Assembly (NCBI GenBank): GCA_035387945.1
Contig: DAOOOX010000023.1
Coordinates: forward strand, 6,153 to 70,152
Reading direction: 5' to 3'
From: Verrucomicrobiia bacterium
Lineage (GTDB): Bacteria > Verrucomicrobiota > Verrucomicrobiia > JADLBR01
Length of the DNA: 64,000 bases
Both the position numbers and the translations under genes were made by a program. This document shows positions 26,918 through 37,105 of this stretch, piece by piece. The notes beneath the pieces were generated by a model. The model had not been told where the DNA came from, did not search any database, and saw nothing but the letters and a program-made list of their open reading frames with translations. Each line of letters begins with the position of its first letter. Positions within the stretch are counted from its first letter, which is position 1.

Positions 26918-28357
26918 ATGCTCGGAACGCGAAATGTCGAGGTGCCGTCACGGGTGGAGACGGCCGAGATCCCAGATCTTTCCGAACGATTGAATGGCCA
27001 TGGCCCGGTTTGCCCGCCTGGGGAGGTGCGCACGGCCGCGGTGCCCCCGCCGACGCCGAATAGGCATACCGAAACCCGTTCAGTGAGCGGGAACGGTTCG
27101 GCGGTGGGCACCGCGCGCGATGCGGTGCGAATCCTGATCGTCGATGAAGACAGGAATGAATCGGCGAGTCTCCACATGGCGCTTTCGCAACGCCTCGCGA
27201 TGGACCTCGTGGGGGTCGCGCGGGACGGCGCGGAATGCCTGAACCTGACGCGTCGGCACAAGCCCGACGTGGTCTTGCTCAAGGACACCGTGCAGGTGGT
27301 GGATTGCCTCAAGGTCGCCGAAACCATTTCCAACGAGATGCCCGAGGTCGCGGTGATCCTGATGACGACCGGATGGATCCGGGTGGACACCCACTGGAGA
27401 GACCTCCTGCACGCGGGGGTCGCGGGCTTCGTCGCGTACCCCGCTCCTCTGGACAGCCTTCTCGAACAAATCAACCACGTGATCGACCACCAGCACACCC
27501 TGCGGTCACATATCGCGTCAAAATCGGTAGCGGCTCCGGCGCCGGCGGTCGTTGTCAGTCAGCGCAAGGTCGTGGTCTGCGCGGGCCCGAGGGGCGGCTG
27601 TGGCCGTAGCCTGCTGGCCTGCAACCTCGCCGTCTCCCTGGCAACGCGCGACCAATCCGTCTGCCTCGTGGACCTCAACAGCGACGGCGGCGACATCGCC
27701 TCCCTGCTGGACATCCGCCCCCACTACAGCGTCGGCGACCTCGCCCTGGCCGCCGGGGACATCGAGCGGGAGATGATCGGCAGCGTCCTGGTCCGACACG
27801 CCACGGGGGTCAACGTCATCCCGGCGCCCCGCTCCGGCACGCTCCAGAACGATTCCCTAACGCCGCATTTCATCCAGCGGCTCCTGAATTTCACCCGCGA
27901 GCAGCACGAGTTCACCATCGTCGACACCCCGCCCGGCCTCACCGGCTCCGTACGCTCCATGCTCGACATGACCGACGCGGTCGTGGTCATCATCGGATTC
28001 GACCTCATACGCCTCCAGCAGGGTGCCGCATTCATCGAAGAATTGACCCAGGACGGGGCGGACCCCGCCCACATCCTCACCGTCCTTGTCAGCGAGAGCG
28101 AGCAGCCCCTCATCCAGTTGGCCGACGCAGAGCGCATCCTCAACACCCCGATCGCCTGCGTGCTGCCCTTCGATCCCGCCATGGCCATCGAGTCCGTGAA
28201 CAAGGGCGTCCCCTTCGTCATGACCGCCCCCAACAAGCCGCTGTCCAAGGCCGTGCGCGCCCTCGCCGAACGCCTCCTCGGCGCTCAACATTCGTCGTCC
28301 GCCATCCCTTGGTGGAAACGGGTCCTCGGACTGGGCCCGGACGAGGAAGCGGCGTAG
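26918..28357 (+). CDS. TadZ/CpaE-like protein: N-terminal atypical (pseudo-)receiver domain fused to a MinD/ParA-type P-loop ATPase with a deviant Walker A.
   Basis: Receiver-like VRILIVDEDRNES...DVVLLKD with the phospho-acceptor Asp shifted. ATPase part VVVCAGPRGGCGRSLLACNLAVSLA aligns to the TadZ atypical Walker A (SKGGVGATFLATNLA), with the signature Lys replaced by Arg. MinD-like switch regions follow (VCLVDLNSDGGD..., TIVDTPPGL). Confidence 0.7.
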   Translation: MLGTRNVEVPSRVETAEIPDLSERLNGHGPVCPPGEVRTAAVPPPTPNRHTETRSVSGNGSAVGTARDAVRILIVDEDRNESASLHMALSQRLAMDLVGVARDGAECLNLTRRHKPDVVLLKDTVQVVDCLKVAETISNEMPEVAVILMTTGWIRVDTHWRDLLHAGVAGFVAYPAPLDSLLEQINHVIDHQHTLRSHIASKSVAAPAPAVVVSQRKVVVCAGPRGGCGRSLLACNLAVSLATRDQSVCLVDLNSDGGDIASLLDIRPHYSVGDLALAAGDIEREMIGSVLVRHATGVNVIPAPRSGTLQNDSLTPHFIQRLLNFTREQHEFTIVDTPPGLTGSVRSMLDMTDAVVVIIGFDLIRLQQGAAFIEELTQDGADPAHILTVLVSESEQPLIQLADAERILNTPIACVLPFDPAMAIESVNKGVPFVMTAPNKPLSKAVRALAERLLGAQHSSSAIPWWKRVLGLGPDEEAA

Positions 28358-28688
28358 CATCACCTGACAGACCGTTGAAAAAACTCGCCCGTCACACCGT
28401 CGGCTTGGGCTCGGGAGGGACCCTTCGAAAAGCGGCGGAGGACCGCAGCCTTCGCCCGGCCGCGCCCAAGCTGCTTCCGGCGATATGAAGTGATTCTGGA
28501 ATGGTCAGCAGGCCCGTTTCTCGGCGTTGAAACCGTTTATAACATCGCGTCTCCCAGCCCGGATCAACATCGAAGTGCTCGACCCTCAGACCCACGTTGG
28601 GCCGGCCGTCGGCCGAAGCAAGACGGCCGGCGCAGACGGCACGATGCCCAGGTCTGGTATTCCGCCAGACACCTGATTCACTCCGCTC

Positions 28689-29660
28689 ATGAGCGCGCGC
28701 TTGCCCATGGTGCGAATGGCCGCCCTCGCCGCCACGCTGGCCGGTCACAGTCTTCTCGCCGCAGACAACAATCCAAGGACCTCGGCGAACGCCAACGAGA
28801 CGCCCGCACTGGCGGCCCAGCCTTTGGCGAACGACGGCGTCGTTGGCGGATTCGTGGCCCGGGGCCAGCGGGTGTTTACGTGCGCACATAGTTTCCACGT
28901 TTTCGTCTATCGCCTGTTGGATGAGATGGCCAAAGCCGCGGGTATCTCGGGCCACGAATCCGTCGGCCTGTCGCGAATCGGCGGCTCGCGCGTCATCCAG
29001 CATTGGGACGTTTCTGAGGAAAAGAATGAGGCCAGGGCCGCCCTCCGCGCAGGGAGGGTGGACGCGCTGACCCTGTCGCCAATCTGGCTGCCCGATGAGG
29101 GAATCGAGAATTTCGTCAGGCTGGGCCTCGAGCACAACCCGGACATCCGGATCACGGTGCAGGAATTCTGGCTGCCAAACGACGAATACGTGCCGGTCTA
29201 TCCGCTGCAGACCAAAAAGAAGGTGGACCACGACGCCACGGACATCGCGGAACTGCGCAAACAGAATGCGCTGTATTGCCGCGACATGGAAGAATTCGTC
29301 CGCGATCTGAACAGGCGGCTGGGCAAGGACGCGGTGCTCATCGTGCCGGTCGGTCAGGCCTCGATCGCGCTCCGGGAGAAAATCGTCGCGGGACAGGCGC
29401 CGGGGCTGAAGGCGCAGTGGGATCTGTTCCGCGATTGCTGGGGCCATCCCAAGGCGCCCTTGCAGGTGCTGGCGGGCTACTGCCATTTTTCGGTGATCTA
29501 TCGCCGCAGCCCCGTGGGGCTGCCGGTGCCCAAGGACCTGGCAACCATCCGTGATGCGACCGAGAGGGAGAAGCTGAACCTCCTGCTGCAAGAGGTGGCT
29601 TGGAACACCGTCATCCGGCATCCGCTCAGTGGCGTCAGACTGGAATCGCGACCAGAGTGA
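28689..29660 (+). CDS. Secreted hypothetical protein (323 aa).
   Basis: Signal peptide MSARLPMVRMAALAATLAGHSLLAA. Balanced composition. The overlapping minus ORF 28392..29621 is R/Q-rich antisense noise. No family recognised. Confidence 0.5.
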   Translation: MSARLPMVRMAALAATLAGHSLLAADNNPRTSANANETPALAAQPLANDGVVGGFVARGQRVFTCAHSFHVFVYRLLDEMAKAAGISGHESVGLSRIGGSRVIQHWDVSEEKNEARAALRAGRVDALTLSPIWLPDEGIENFVRLGLEHNPDIRITVQEFWLPNDEYVPVYPLQTKKKVDHDATDIAELRKQNALYCRDMEEFVRDLNRRLGKDAVLIVPVGQASIALREKIVAGQAPGLKAQWDLFRDCWGHPKAPLQVLAGYCHFSVIYRRSPVGLPVPKDLATIRDATEREKLNLLLQEVAWNTVIRHPLSGVRLESRPE

Positions 29661-30050
29661 CGAGAGGTGTCCGTTGAAAGAGCCGCGCGCAACGTTGCCA
29701 TATCCGGCGGGATTGGGCCACGCATGGCCTCATGGTCCACATCACGCAACCGAAGATCGCGTGGAAGCGATTCGTCGGCGCCATTGATACTCTCCTGGAG
29801 GTCAAGGCCGGGCCGGGGAACACCGCGCTCGTGGTCCCCGGCAACGGCAACGGCAAATCCAGTTTCCCAGCGAAATCGGTGCGCCCGCCATAGCCGACGT
29901 GGGCGGCACGGGGAGCGTCTCGATCATCGTTCAGGGTTCCGACGGCTGCATCTACTGCGTGCAGTAGCGTCCTTCAGGCCGGGGACGGTGCGCCATGTGC
30001 CAGGTTTTTCGATCGGGGGCCGGGCGCGCGAACGGTCAGGACGGCGATCC

Positions 30051-32153
30051 TCAGGGATTCAGATCGCACTCCACCCTGTAGAACCGGCGCGGAACGCCGC
30101 CGCCGGGCGCATCTTGCACGATATTCGTGGCGCCGTCGCCGAACAGGTTGGTGACGGTGCCACCCCAGTTCGTGGTGGCCAGATTATCGCTGTAGGCGAC
30201 GCGATAAAATGCGGCATCGATCGTCGGGAAGCTCATCGCGAACGACGCGACGTTTGTCCGCCACGCCCCCAGGATGCGGGGCAGTTCGTACACAGCGGCG
30301 GTCACGAGACCCGTGGCGGCGACACCGGTGTTGTCCAGCACCACGAAACGCAGCCCGTACTCGCCAGCACCGTCGTACCGATGCGTCGTCAATGTCCCAT
30401 TCGTTGCGCTCCCGTCACCGAAGTCCACGCCGAATGTGCAGCTTGACCCGGGCAGAAATCCATAATCGACGAGGCCCATCCCCAAATCCTGCCCCACAAA
30501 GACCCGGGGCACCGTGGTGACACCGCGGGCAAATGCCAGGTTCGGGTTGCCGTTGGTGACCGTATTGAACAGTCCATCCCGACCCGAGACATGGGCCGAG
30601 ATGCACTCCGCATGATTGACCGATGTCGTGAGCGCGCCTCCGAAATACAGTTCGTACCCCCACGCCGCAGACAGATCCTGCGGGACGGTGTAGTTGGTCA
30701 TGGGCTGGAAGATGGTCCAGATCTGGGTGAGGTCATCGCCCAGTTGATGATTCTGGATCGTCAGCACCCCCGCATTGGCATTGAAGTCGGTTATCGGACC
30801 CCAGGTCAATGTCGGCTTCGTGTTCGTCATGGACAGACCCGTGGGCGACAGCGCCTGCGGGACCTGCGTCACGTCTTGGCCCATGAGCGGCACGGAGTAG
30901 GTCTGCCGGAAGCCGTTGGTGAAGTCGTACAGCCGGATGGTGTAGATCCCATTCGTGAACCGCGACAGGTCACTCGCGGTGCGCGTCGCCACCTCGAAGT
31001 AGCAGCCGGTCCCCCACTCCACCTCCATGGGATAAGTCATGTTGTCCGGCGTGGTGATCGAAGCGCCGACCAGATTGGATCCGCTCCCGTCGACCATGAC
31101 CCGGTGCGCCGAGGTGCCATCGTAACCCACCGTCGTGCCGCGGATCAGGTTGATCCTCTCAAAACCCGGCAAGTCATTGCTCACCAGGCACCACTTGGGG
31201 GCCAGCTCCCAATAGTTGCGATTTCTCTCTTGCTGCTCCTGCCATTCCACCGGTTCGGGGGTGGACGCGCGGACCACGATGCCGTTGGTGAAACTGTGCG
31301 CCCAGACCGTGCCCTGGCCGCGGGGGGTCCATGGCGTCTGCTCCTGACTGTAGACCACCTGCAACCCGGGCATGAAGTTCACGTCGGAGGCGCTGGCGTT
31401 GGTGAGCCACAGGATGTTGGTGAAGGTATAGAGACCGGACAGCGCCTGCGCATTCTGAGAAAAGTAATAGGGCAACCCCATCGCGTCGCTGGCGTAGAAG
31501 CTCGAGGACGGCCACATGTTGGTGAGCCACTGGACGGCGACGCCGGACGATTCGGTATCGTTAACGTCCAACTGCAGCGAAAGCCACCCATACCCGCTCA
31601 GCGCACCAGGCGCCACGTTTGCTGTGATGATGAATGCCTGGGTCACCGATTGCCCCGCGGGCACGCGCGTCGGGAAAGCCGCACGCTGAACCTGAATCTT
31701 GGGCTTCGCCCATGCGTTGCTGCAGATCAGATCGATGTTCGGCCACCAGTAGGTCTCATTGGTCATGGGGACCGCAGCGCGAAACACGAAGCTCGTGGCC
31801 GAGGCATTCCATTGCTGATAGAATGGCTCTTCAAAGTCCGCCACCGACACCCCGAGGCCGAGAGGAATGGCGCACGAGATGACCAGGTCACTGATCTGCA
31901 CCGGCGGATTGGTCACCGAGTTCTCGAGCCTCGTTTCGAGGAAGATCGCCCGGGTGACGGGATAGGTCACATTGGTATCCAGCACATCGAAACTGGTGTA
32001 GCCTTCGTAGCCTTCCGCCGAACGAAAACTGAAGAGCGGCGTCTCCGCCCAGGCCACAGCGGCGCAGAACCACAGCGAAAGCGCCCCGACCAAGCGGCAC
32101 GCCTTGCCAAAAACCGGCAAAGTTAGAGGCGTTGCATTAAGGAAACGTTTCAT
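30051..32153 (-). CDS. Large secreted Asn/Thr/Ser-rich protein with a C-terminal PKD-like domain and the shared C-terminal module.
   Basis: Signal peptide MKRFLNATPLTLPVFGKACRLVGALSLWFCAAVAWA. PKD signature GVDFGDGSATNGTLTTHRYDGAGEYGLRFVVLD. The C-terminus ...YSDNLATTNWGGTVTNLFGDG...PRRFYRVE resembles the C-termini of the 22249 and 51426 proteins. Confidence 0.7.
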   Translation of the reverse strand: MKRFLNATPLTLPVFGKACRLVGALSLWFCAAVAWAETPLFSFRSAEGYEGYTSFDVLDTNVTYPVTRAIFLETRLENSVTNPPVQISDLVISCAIPLGLGVSVADFEEPFYQQWNASATSFVFRAAVPMTNETYWWPNIDLICSNAWAKPKIQVQRAAFPTRVPAGQSVTQAFIITANVAPGALSGYGWLSLQLDVNDTESSGVAVQWLTNMWPSSSFYASDAMGLPYYFSQNAQALSGLYTFTNILWLTNASASDVNFMPGLQVVYSQEQTPWTPRGQGTVWAHSFTNGIVVRASTPEPVEWQEQQERNRNYWELAPKWCLVSNDLPGFERINLIRGTTVGYDGTSAHRVMVDGSGSNLVGASITTPDNMTYPMEVEWGTGCYFEVATRTASDLSRFTNGIYTIRLYDFTNGFRQTYSVPLMGQDVTQVPQALSPTGLSMTNTKPTLTWGPITDFNANAGVLTIQNHQLGDDLTQIWTIFQPMTNYTVPQDLSAAWGYELYFGGALTTSVNHAECISAHVSGRDGLFNTVTNGNPNLAFARGVTTVPRVFVGQDLGMGLVDYGFLPGSSCTFGVDFGDGSATNGTLTTHRYDGAGEYGLRFVVLDNTGVAATGLVTAAVYELPRILGAWRTNVASFAMSFPTIDAAFYRVAYSDNLATTNWGGTVTNLFGDGATNIVQDAPGGGVPRRFYRVECDLNP

Positions 32154-32406
32154 CTCTTTCTCCTCATGTGCGCGAATCGTTGGCCATTACCGACAAAAAC
32201 GGCACGCGGCGCGCATGGCCACGTCCCATGTTGGCCCACGAAAGGCTGTCGACCTCCGCAGATCCGTGATGATGACCGCAGTCTGCCGGGGCTCGGCGAT
32301 CGGGTCAAGTCGTTCTGATTCCGGGCGTCACGACCAACTCTCTATTCCCGACACGCTGCGACCCTCGCGTCCACAAATGACACTCAGTGGGCTTCGAAAG
32401 CGCACG

Positions 32407-33726
32407 TTACGGCGCTTGAGGCTGGGTGCGGAGCACGGGGGGCAGCCAGGTCTTGAGGGTCACGGCCAGCTCGTCGAGCTGACGCGTCACGGGATGGTAA
32501 TCGGGCGGATCGCCCATCGTCGGGCAGAGGAAGCCGCCCTCGGAGTGTTCGTTCCAGGCGTACATGATCACCGTATTGGCCTCGCATTTCGCCGGGTTTG
32601 CCGCCACGTAGTCGAACGCGCCGAAGAGGTGCGCCGTCAGTTCGCCGGGAGCGGGCTCTGTCCAATCCCACATGGGAAACGCGCCGCCCTTCTTGTAGCG
32701 GGGCACGCCGTTGGCCCCAGACATGGTCGGCGGGATGACCTTCAGGTCCGGTCGTTTGAAAGTGCCGAAGAGCGTATTGCTCTTGATGAAGCCCCACAAC
32801 GTGCCGTATCGCAAGTTGGTTCCCGCGTAGCGTTGGTGATAGAGCGTCACACAATCGAGCAGTCCCTTGTCGTACAGCGACTCCCATTCTTTCGATTGCG
32901 GGTTGATCATGCCGGCGACATATGGGTTTCCAACGCGGGCTTGCATCAGCCGCCCCCGAAGCTCCCGCAGGCAGCGTTCCACGCGCGGTCCGGGAGCGGG
33001 AGTCCGTCGGACGCCCTCACCGAGAAATTCCGGCTGATAGAGGTAGATCAGCGGCCGGTCGCGAAGCACGCGTTGATAGGCGGGTAGTTTGGCAAGGGCG
33101 GCGATATCCGCGAGGTAATTGTCCGCCCAGGCTTTTGCGATCTCTTCCTCGGTGTGTCGCACGCGCGGCGGTTCGTAGTATGCGACCTTGGCGACGGCCG
33201 GGCAGTTGACGATCACGCAGAAATGAAGTCGGTCCCGCCGGGGGCTCGCCAGATAGGCGTCCAGCGCGTCGCGAAGGCATCGCCGCTCGCCGGGTGCAGG
33301 GTGCGCCTCGTAACCGAACGCCCAGTAGTCGATCCCGGCTGACGCCGCAAACTCGATCTCTTGCTCCATCGCCTGCTGGTAGACATCCTGCGAGTAGGCG
33401 GGATTGAACGCCAGCGGTGCCTCGGGGTTGCCGGTGCGGCGGACGAAAAACGGTGCGCGCCAATGGTACTGCTCCGGTTTGAGGAATCCGAACTCTTGCT
33501 TCTGCGTCGTATAAGGGTGGCCGGTATACATGTCCCAGCGGATCACGCCGAGGAGAGGCCGCTGTCGCTCCCCCCGCAAGTCCCCGCGGCTCGCGTGGGA
33601 CATGTCGTCCCCCCTGATGCCGCCTGTCTCACGTTCGCCCTTTTCACATGCGCGCGACACGCGTTCGCCCAAGACCGCCACGGCGGTCACCGCGACTAAA
33701 GAGGCAACCGATACTGTTCGCTTCAT
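32407..33726 (-). CDS. Secreted putative glycoside hydrolase (TIM-barrel-like), family unassigned.
   Basis: Start MKRTVSVASLVAVTAVAVLG, with SD GGAGAA upstream. Motifs WDMYTGHPYTT, IDYWAFGYE and YAWNEHSEGG suggest a glycosidase barrel. It is the last gene of a minus-strand operon together with 33898..36804 and 37106..38035. Confidence 0.55.
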   Translation of the reverse strand: MKRTVSVASLVAVTAVAVLGERVSRACEKGERETGGIRGDDMSHASRGDLRGERQRPLLGVIRWDMYTGHPYTTQKQEFGFLKPEQYHWRAPFFVRRTGNPEAPLAFNPAYSQDVYQQAMEQEIEFAASAGIDYWAFGYEAHPAPGERRCLRDALDAYLASPRRDRLHFCVIVNCPAVAKVAYYEPPRVRHTEEEIAKAWADNYLADIAALAKLPAYQRVLRDRPLIYLYQPEFLGEGVRRTPAPGPRVERCLRELRGRLMQARVGNPYVAGMINPQSKEWESLYDKGLLDCVTLYHQRYAGTNLRYGTLWGFIKSNTLFGTFKRPDLKVIPPTMSGANGVPRYKKGGAFPMWDWTEPAPGELTAHLFGAFDYVAANPAKCEANTVIMYAWNEHSEGGFLCPTMGDPPDYHPVTRQLDELAVTLKTWLPPVLRTQPQAP

Positions 33727-33897
33727 TGTCAATTCCCGTTCTCCAGGGTCGTCGCGTGCCGCCCCGTTATCATGCGACAATAAGCGCCCGTGAGAATGCC
33801 GCAGCGAAACTCGACCCTCAAAAAGCGCCACTCGCGACCGCGTGCGAAAGAACCGTGGTCCCACCCAGAAGCAAGAGGGTTTCCCACCCCTCCCGTC

Positions 33898-36804
33898 TCA
33901 TTCGCTGAGAGGGACCACCTGCCCCTTGAACTTCAGGCGCAAGGTGGTCCCCGCCGCCGGGACGAGCGATCGGTACGGCCCGACATCTTCGGGACGGAAT
34001 CCCGCAAGGACGATCCACGAGCCTTGGCCATCGGTGATGCGCGCGGGCAGGGCCTTCGCCTGCCGCCTCACCCGCTCGGGGCACAATCGGGATGGCGCGA
34101 AACAGACCGCACCCTCATTCACGCGACCCCGCACTGCCGCGAGCGTCGGCTCGGAGATGGTCACGCCACACAGGAAAATCGTGCCGACGGAGCGCAGCAA
34201 GTCCGGCCCGGCGAGGTGGTCGTAGACCGCCGTCGGCGGCGCGGGGATCATCGCGGGCGATTGGTAGCGCGGATAGACGCTGCTGTTGGCGTTGACCGCG
34301 CGCGGGTCGGTCTTCCCGGCGGTCAGCAGACTGAACACCTGCATCCACTCCCCGGTCTCCGGCGTGGGCGGCAAGTCCTCGGCGCCGTAGAGTGTCTTCC
34401 AATAATAGCAGGACGCCTGGCCCCAATCGCTGTCGGGGAAGCGGATGATGGCGACCTCGGGCTCGTAGTCGCGATAGTCGTAGCCGCGCGGATGGGCGGG
34501 CAGGTACTCGCGGATGTGCGCCTGCAGCGCCGCCCCGTAATCGGTGGACTCATAAGTGTTCCCACGCACGCGAAACAGCCCGTGGACGAACTCCGTATAG
34601 ATGTTGTCCACCCCCACCGCATGGGCCAGCCGCAAGGCCGCCACATAGTTCTTCAACGGATGACCGGGAAAGTGATCCCACGCCCAGAAATCGGGAGTGA
34701 ACCACAGCTCGGCGTTGTACTGCCGCGCGGCCCCCAGCGCGAGGGCCAGCACCACGGGATAGATATCCTCCTTGAGCAATTTCGGGCACAGCGTGACCCC
34801 GGCCTGTGCCAGGGGATGCCACAGCGCCGGAAACACGCTCTCGACGATCATCCGGGTCCCATGCTGGCGGTGGTAGGCTCGCACTTGCCGCGCCGCGGCA
34901 ACGAAGGTGTCGTGGGCCGCGGGCAGCGTCATGCCCGTGGTCTCCACCAGATAGGGCTTGCGGTGGACGTCGTCCGGCAAGCGGGCGTATTTATTGCGGC
35001 AAAGCTGCATGTGTTCGCCCTCGTCATAGACGACGCCCTCGAACAATCCCGTCGCCGTCGCCGCATCAAGGGCCGCGGGTTCGATATCCCAGCGGTGGCA
35101 GCCCCCCGGCGCATCGAAGCGGTTGCGCCCCGATGGATCTGGGGCGTTTGCCACCCAATTGGCATGTTCGTTGTTGAGCGCGAAATGCAGTCCGGTTGCC
35201 TTACAAAATGCCAGAAGTTCGGCCAACTCGCCGTTGTCGAGCTGCGCCGGATTCAGGTGAACCTGCAGAAAGTTCACGCCCTGGTCGCGGATGCCGAGCA
35301 TCAGCGCCGGACTATCCTTCCAGTTCAGGTCGATGCCGCGCAGCGGCCCGCCTTTCGCGATTGGGGTCAACGTGTCAAAAACGTCCATGACCCCTGTCTG
35401 CCCTGGCGCGAGCACGGCCAGCGCGGCGTGACGCCTCTGGGTCGGCACTCCTGGCAGCGAGGCATCGAAACGGTACAGTCCCCGGGCGAGACCCGGCACG
35501 CGGAACTCCGCATGCCCCACCGCGCCATCCCACGAGACAGCCGATTCTTGGCGGAATACTTCGGCCCCGGCCCAGTTCTCTACCCTGACCTGAATCCGCG
35601 CCTCGTGCATGGGCTCTGCGGCCCACACGTTGACCCGGACCGCCCGACCCTGCCCTTCGACGCCACGCTCGGCCCCAAAATCACAGCTCAACCCCGCCGC
35701 CAGCGGTTGCACGGGAGTTTCTTCGGGGCCATCGATGGCAAGCCGCGTCCACGAAACGGAGTCCAACGGCGACTTCGCGACCCGCACCGGTGCGCCATTC
35801 GCGCGCCAACCGGGGCCGCTCATCACTCGCGCCAGTTCGCCTTCCGCGCCCCAAGCACGGAGATCGAGGGCAATGAGAGGGTCATCCGCCGGTGTGAAAT
35901 CATAGCGGAGCGTGAAGTATCCGTCGTCACCGCGCTCGAGTTTGCTGCGACGCCATTCGCCGGTTCCCGGTTCGATGCGCCATCCCGCCACCTCGCCGAT
36001 GTCTGACTCCGTTGCGCCCTGTAGCCTGATGGCCGCAAATTCGACCTGCCCCGCCGGTTTCTCCAGGACATTCTTGCGGTCGATGCGGATGCCGACCGAG
36101 GCGATCTGCGTGAAGTCGCACCCGGCCTGATCGCCGCTCTGTTGCCGATGTGCGAGCGTGGGCTCCTTGCCCAATTCGATGACATGCTCGACCGCGGCGC
36201 CACCGTGACCCAGCAGCAGGTCCCGCCGTTTTCTCTCCGGGCAGTAGAATCCCGAGGTATGGCCCCGCGCATCGACGACCTCGACATAGAGCCATTCATC
36301 CGCGCGGGCACCCCGTGTCTTAAAGCTCAGCCGCGTGAAGTGCCCCGGCGCAGCCAGCCATCGGCGCATCCACACCCAGCAGTTAGCCGGGCGCGGCGTG
36401 TCGGAGCCCGCAGTCACCAAAAGCGTGTTGGTGCCCTGGACCAGCAGCCGCGTGATGTCGTAGGTCTCTGCATCCCATGGCGTGTCGCCCACGCTGATTG
36501 CATGCCCATTGATGGCGAGCCGGTAACGATCATCGGAATCCAACCGCACCAGCGCCTTGCGGGCCGTCCCCCCCAACTCAAAGCCGCGGGCAAAGATTGT
36601 ATTTTGACCCGGCGCCGGGGCCGCGGAAGCGCCAATCCACTGCGGCATCGGCGTCGGTGCTCCAGGCACCACCGTCCCCGACCCCGACAAACAGAGCACC
36701 CCAAACACCCTCGATCGAAATCTGTTTGCGACTATCCTGCGGGCGAACGCATTCGCCAGGGACTTCCCCGGCACAATCGGCCGCAGCCGAATTCTCCGGA
36801 ACAT
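33898..36804 (-). CDS. Large secreted carbohydrate-active protein (968 aa) with an alpha-L-rhamnosidase-N-terminal/GH2-like sugar-binding beta-sandwich followed by a TIM-barrel-like region.
   Basis: PQWIGASAAPAPGQNTIFARGFELGG...RYRLAINGHAISVGDTPWDAETYDITRLLVQGTNTLLV matches the bacterial rhamnosidase N-domain pattern (YxLYVNG...). Later LNNEHANW and EGVVYDEGEH are barrel-type blocks. The start is uncertain. Confidence 0.6.
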   Translation of the reverse strand: MFRRIRLRPIVPGKSLANAFARRIVANRFRSRVFGVLCLSGSGTVVPGAPTPMPQWIGASAAPAPGQNTIFARGFELGGTARKALVRLDSDDRYRLAINGHAISVGDTPWDAETYDITRLLVQGTNTLLVTAGSDTPRPANCWVWMRRWLAAPGHFTRLSFKTRGARADEWLYVEVVDARGHTSGFYCPERKRRDLLLGHGGAAVEHVIELGKEPTLAHRQQSGDQAGCDFTQIASVGIRIDRKNVLEKPAGQVEFAAIRLQGATESDIGEVAGWRIEPGTGEWRRSKLERGDDGYFTLRYDFTPADDPLIALDLRAWGAEGELARVMSGPGWRANGAPVRVAKSPLDSVSWTRLAIDGPEETPVQPLAAGLSCDFGAERGVEGQGRAVRVNVWAAEPMHEARIQVRVENWAGAEVFRQESAVSWDGAVGHAEFRVPGLARGLYRFDASLPGVPTQRRHAALAVLAPGQTGVMDVFDTLTPIAKGGPLRGIDLNWKDSPALMLGIRDQGVNFLQVHLNPAQLDNGELAELLAFCKATGLHFALNNEHANWVANAPDPSGRNRFDAPGGCHRWDIEPAALDAATATGLFEGVVYDEGEHMQLCRNKYARLPDDVHRKPYLVETTGMTLPAAHDTFVAAARQVRAYHRQHGTRMIVESVFPALWHPLAQAGVTLCPKLLKEDIYPVVLALALGAARQYNAELWFTPDFWAWDHFPGHPLKNYVAALRLAHAVGVDNIYTEFVHGLFRVRGNTYESTDYGAALQAHIREYLPAHPRGYDYRDYEPEVAIIRFPDSDWGQASCYYWKTLYGAEDLPPTPETGEWMQVFSLLTAGKTDPRAVNANSSVYPRYQSPAMIPAPPTAVYDHLAGPDLLRSVGTIFLCGVTISEPTLAAVRGRVNEGAVCFAPSRLCPERVRRQAKALPARITDGQGSWIVLAGFRPEDVGPYRSLVPAAGTTLRLKFKGQVVPLSE

Positions 36805-37105
36805 GGACAGACCGTGTCGGACGCCCCATCTCGGGTCAAGGGAATCTCCGCCCGCATGAGCGTAACACCACAGACCCAGCGCCGTGACAGGAACCCACGG
36901 GCGCCCGTGGTCCCGCCGCTGGCATCCCGTTGAAAGACGTCAGCGATTCCCCCTGATGGCGCGCGGGGCCCGATTCCGCCGGGAGGGCCCGCGGCCTCGC
37001 GGGCCGGGTTGGCCCGGGCGTTGCGCGGCTGGTGAATCGCGGACGCCGGGGACGGCGTCCCTCCCATACCCGGCGCGGCTGTTGTGTGGGTTTTTCAACG
37101 GGCCG

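Noticed and set aside
28392-29621. 409-aa minus-strand ORF.
   Set aside because: R/Q/H-rich junk translation. The plus-strand 28689..29660 ORF has a signal peptide and protein-like composition.
26918-32153. A Tad/Flp pilus locus organised by the TadZ/CpaE-like gene.
   Set aside because: No CpaF/TadA ATPase, TadB/C, RcpA secretin, prepilin peptidase or Flp pilin ORFs lie within the window. The neighbours are unrelated secreted proteins.
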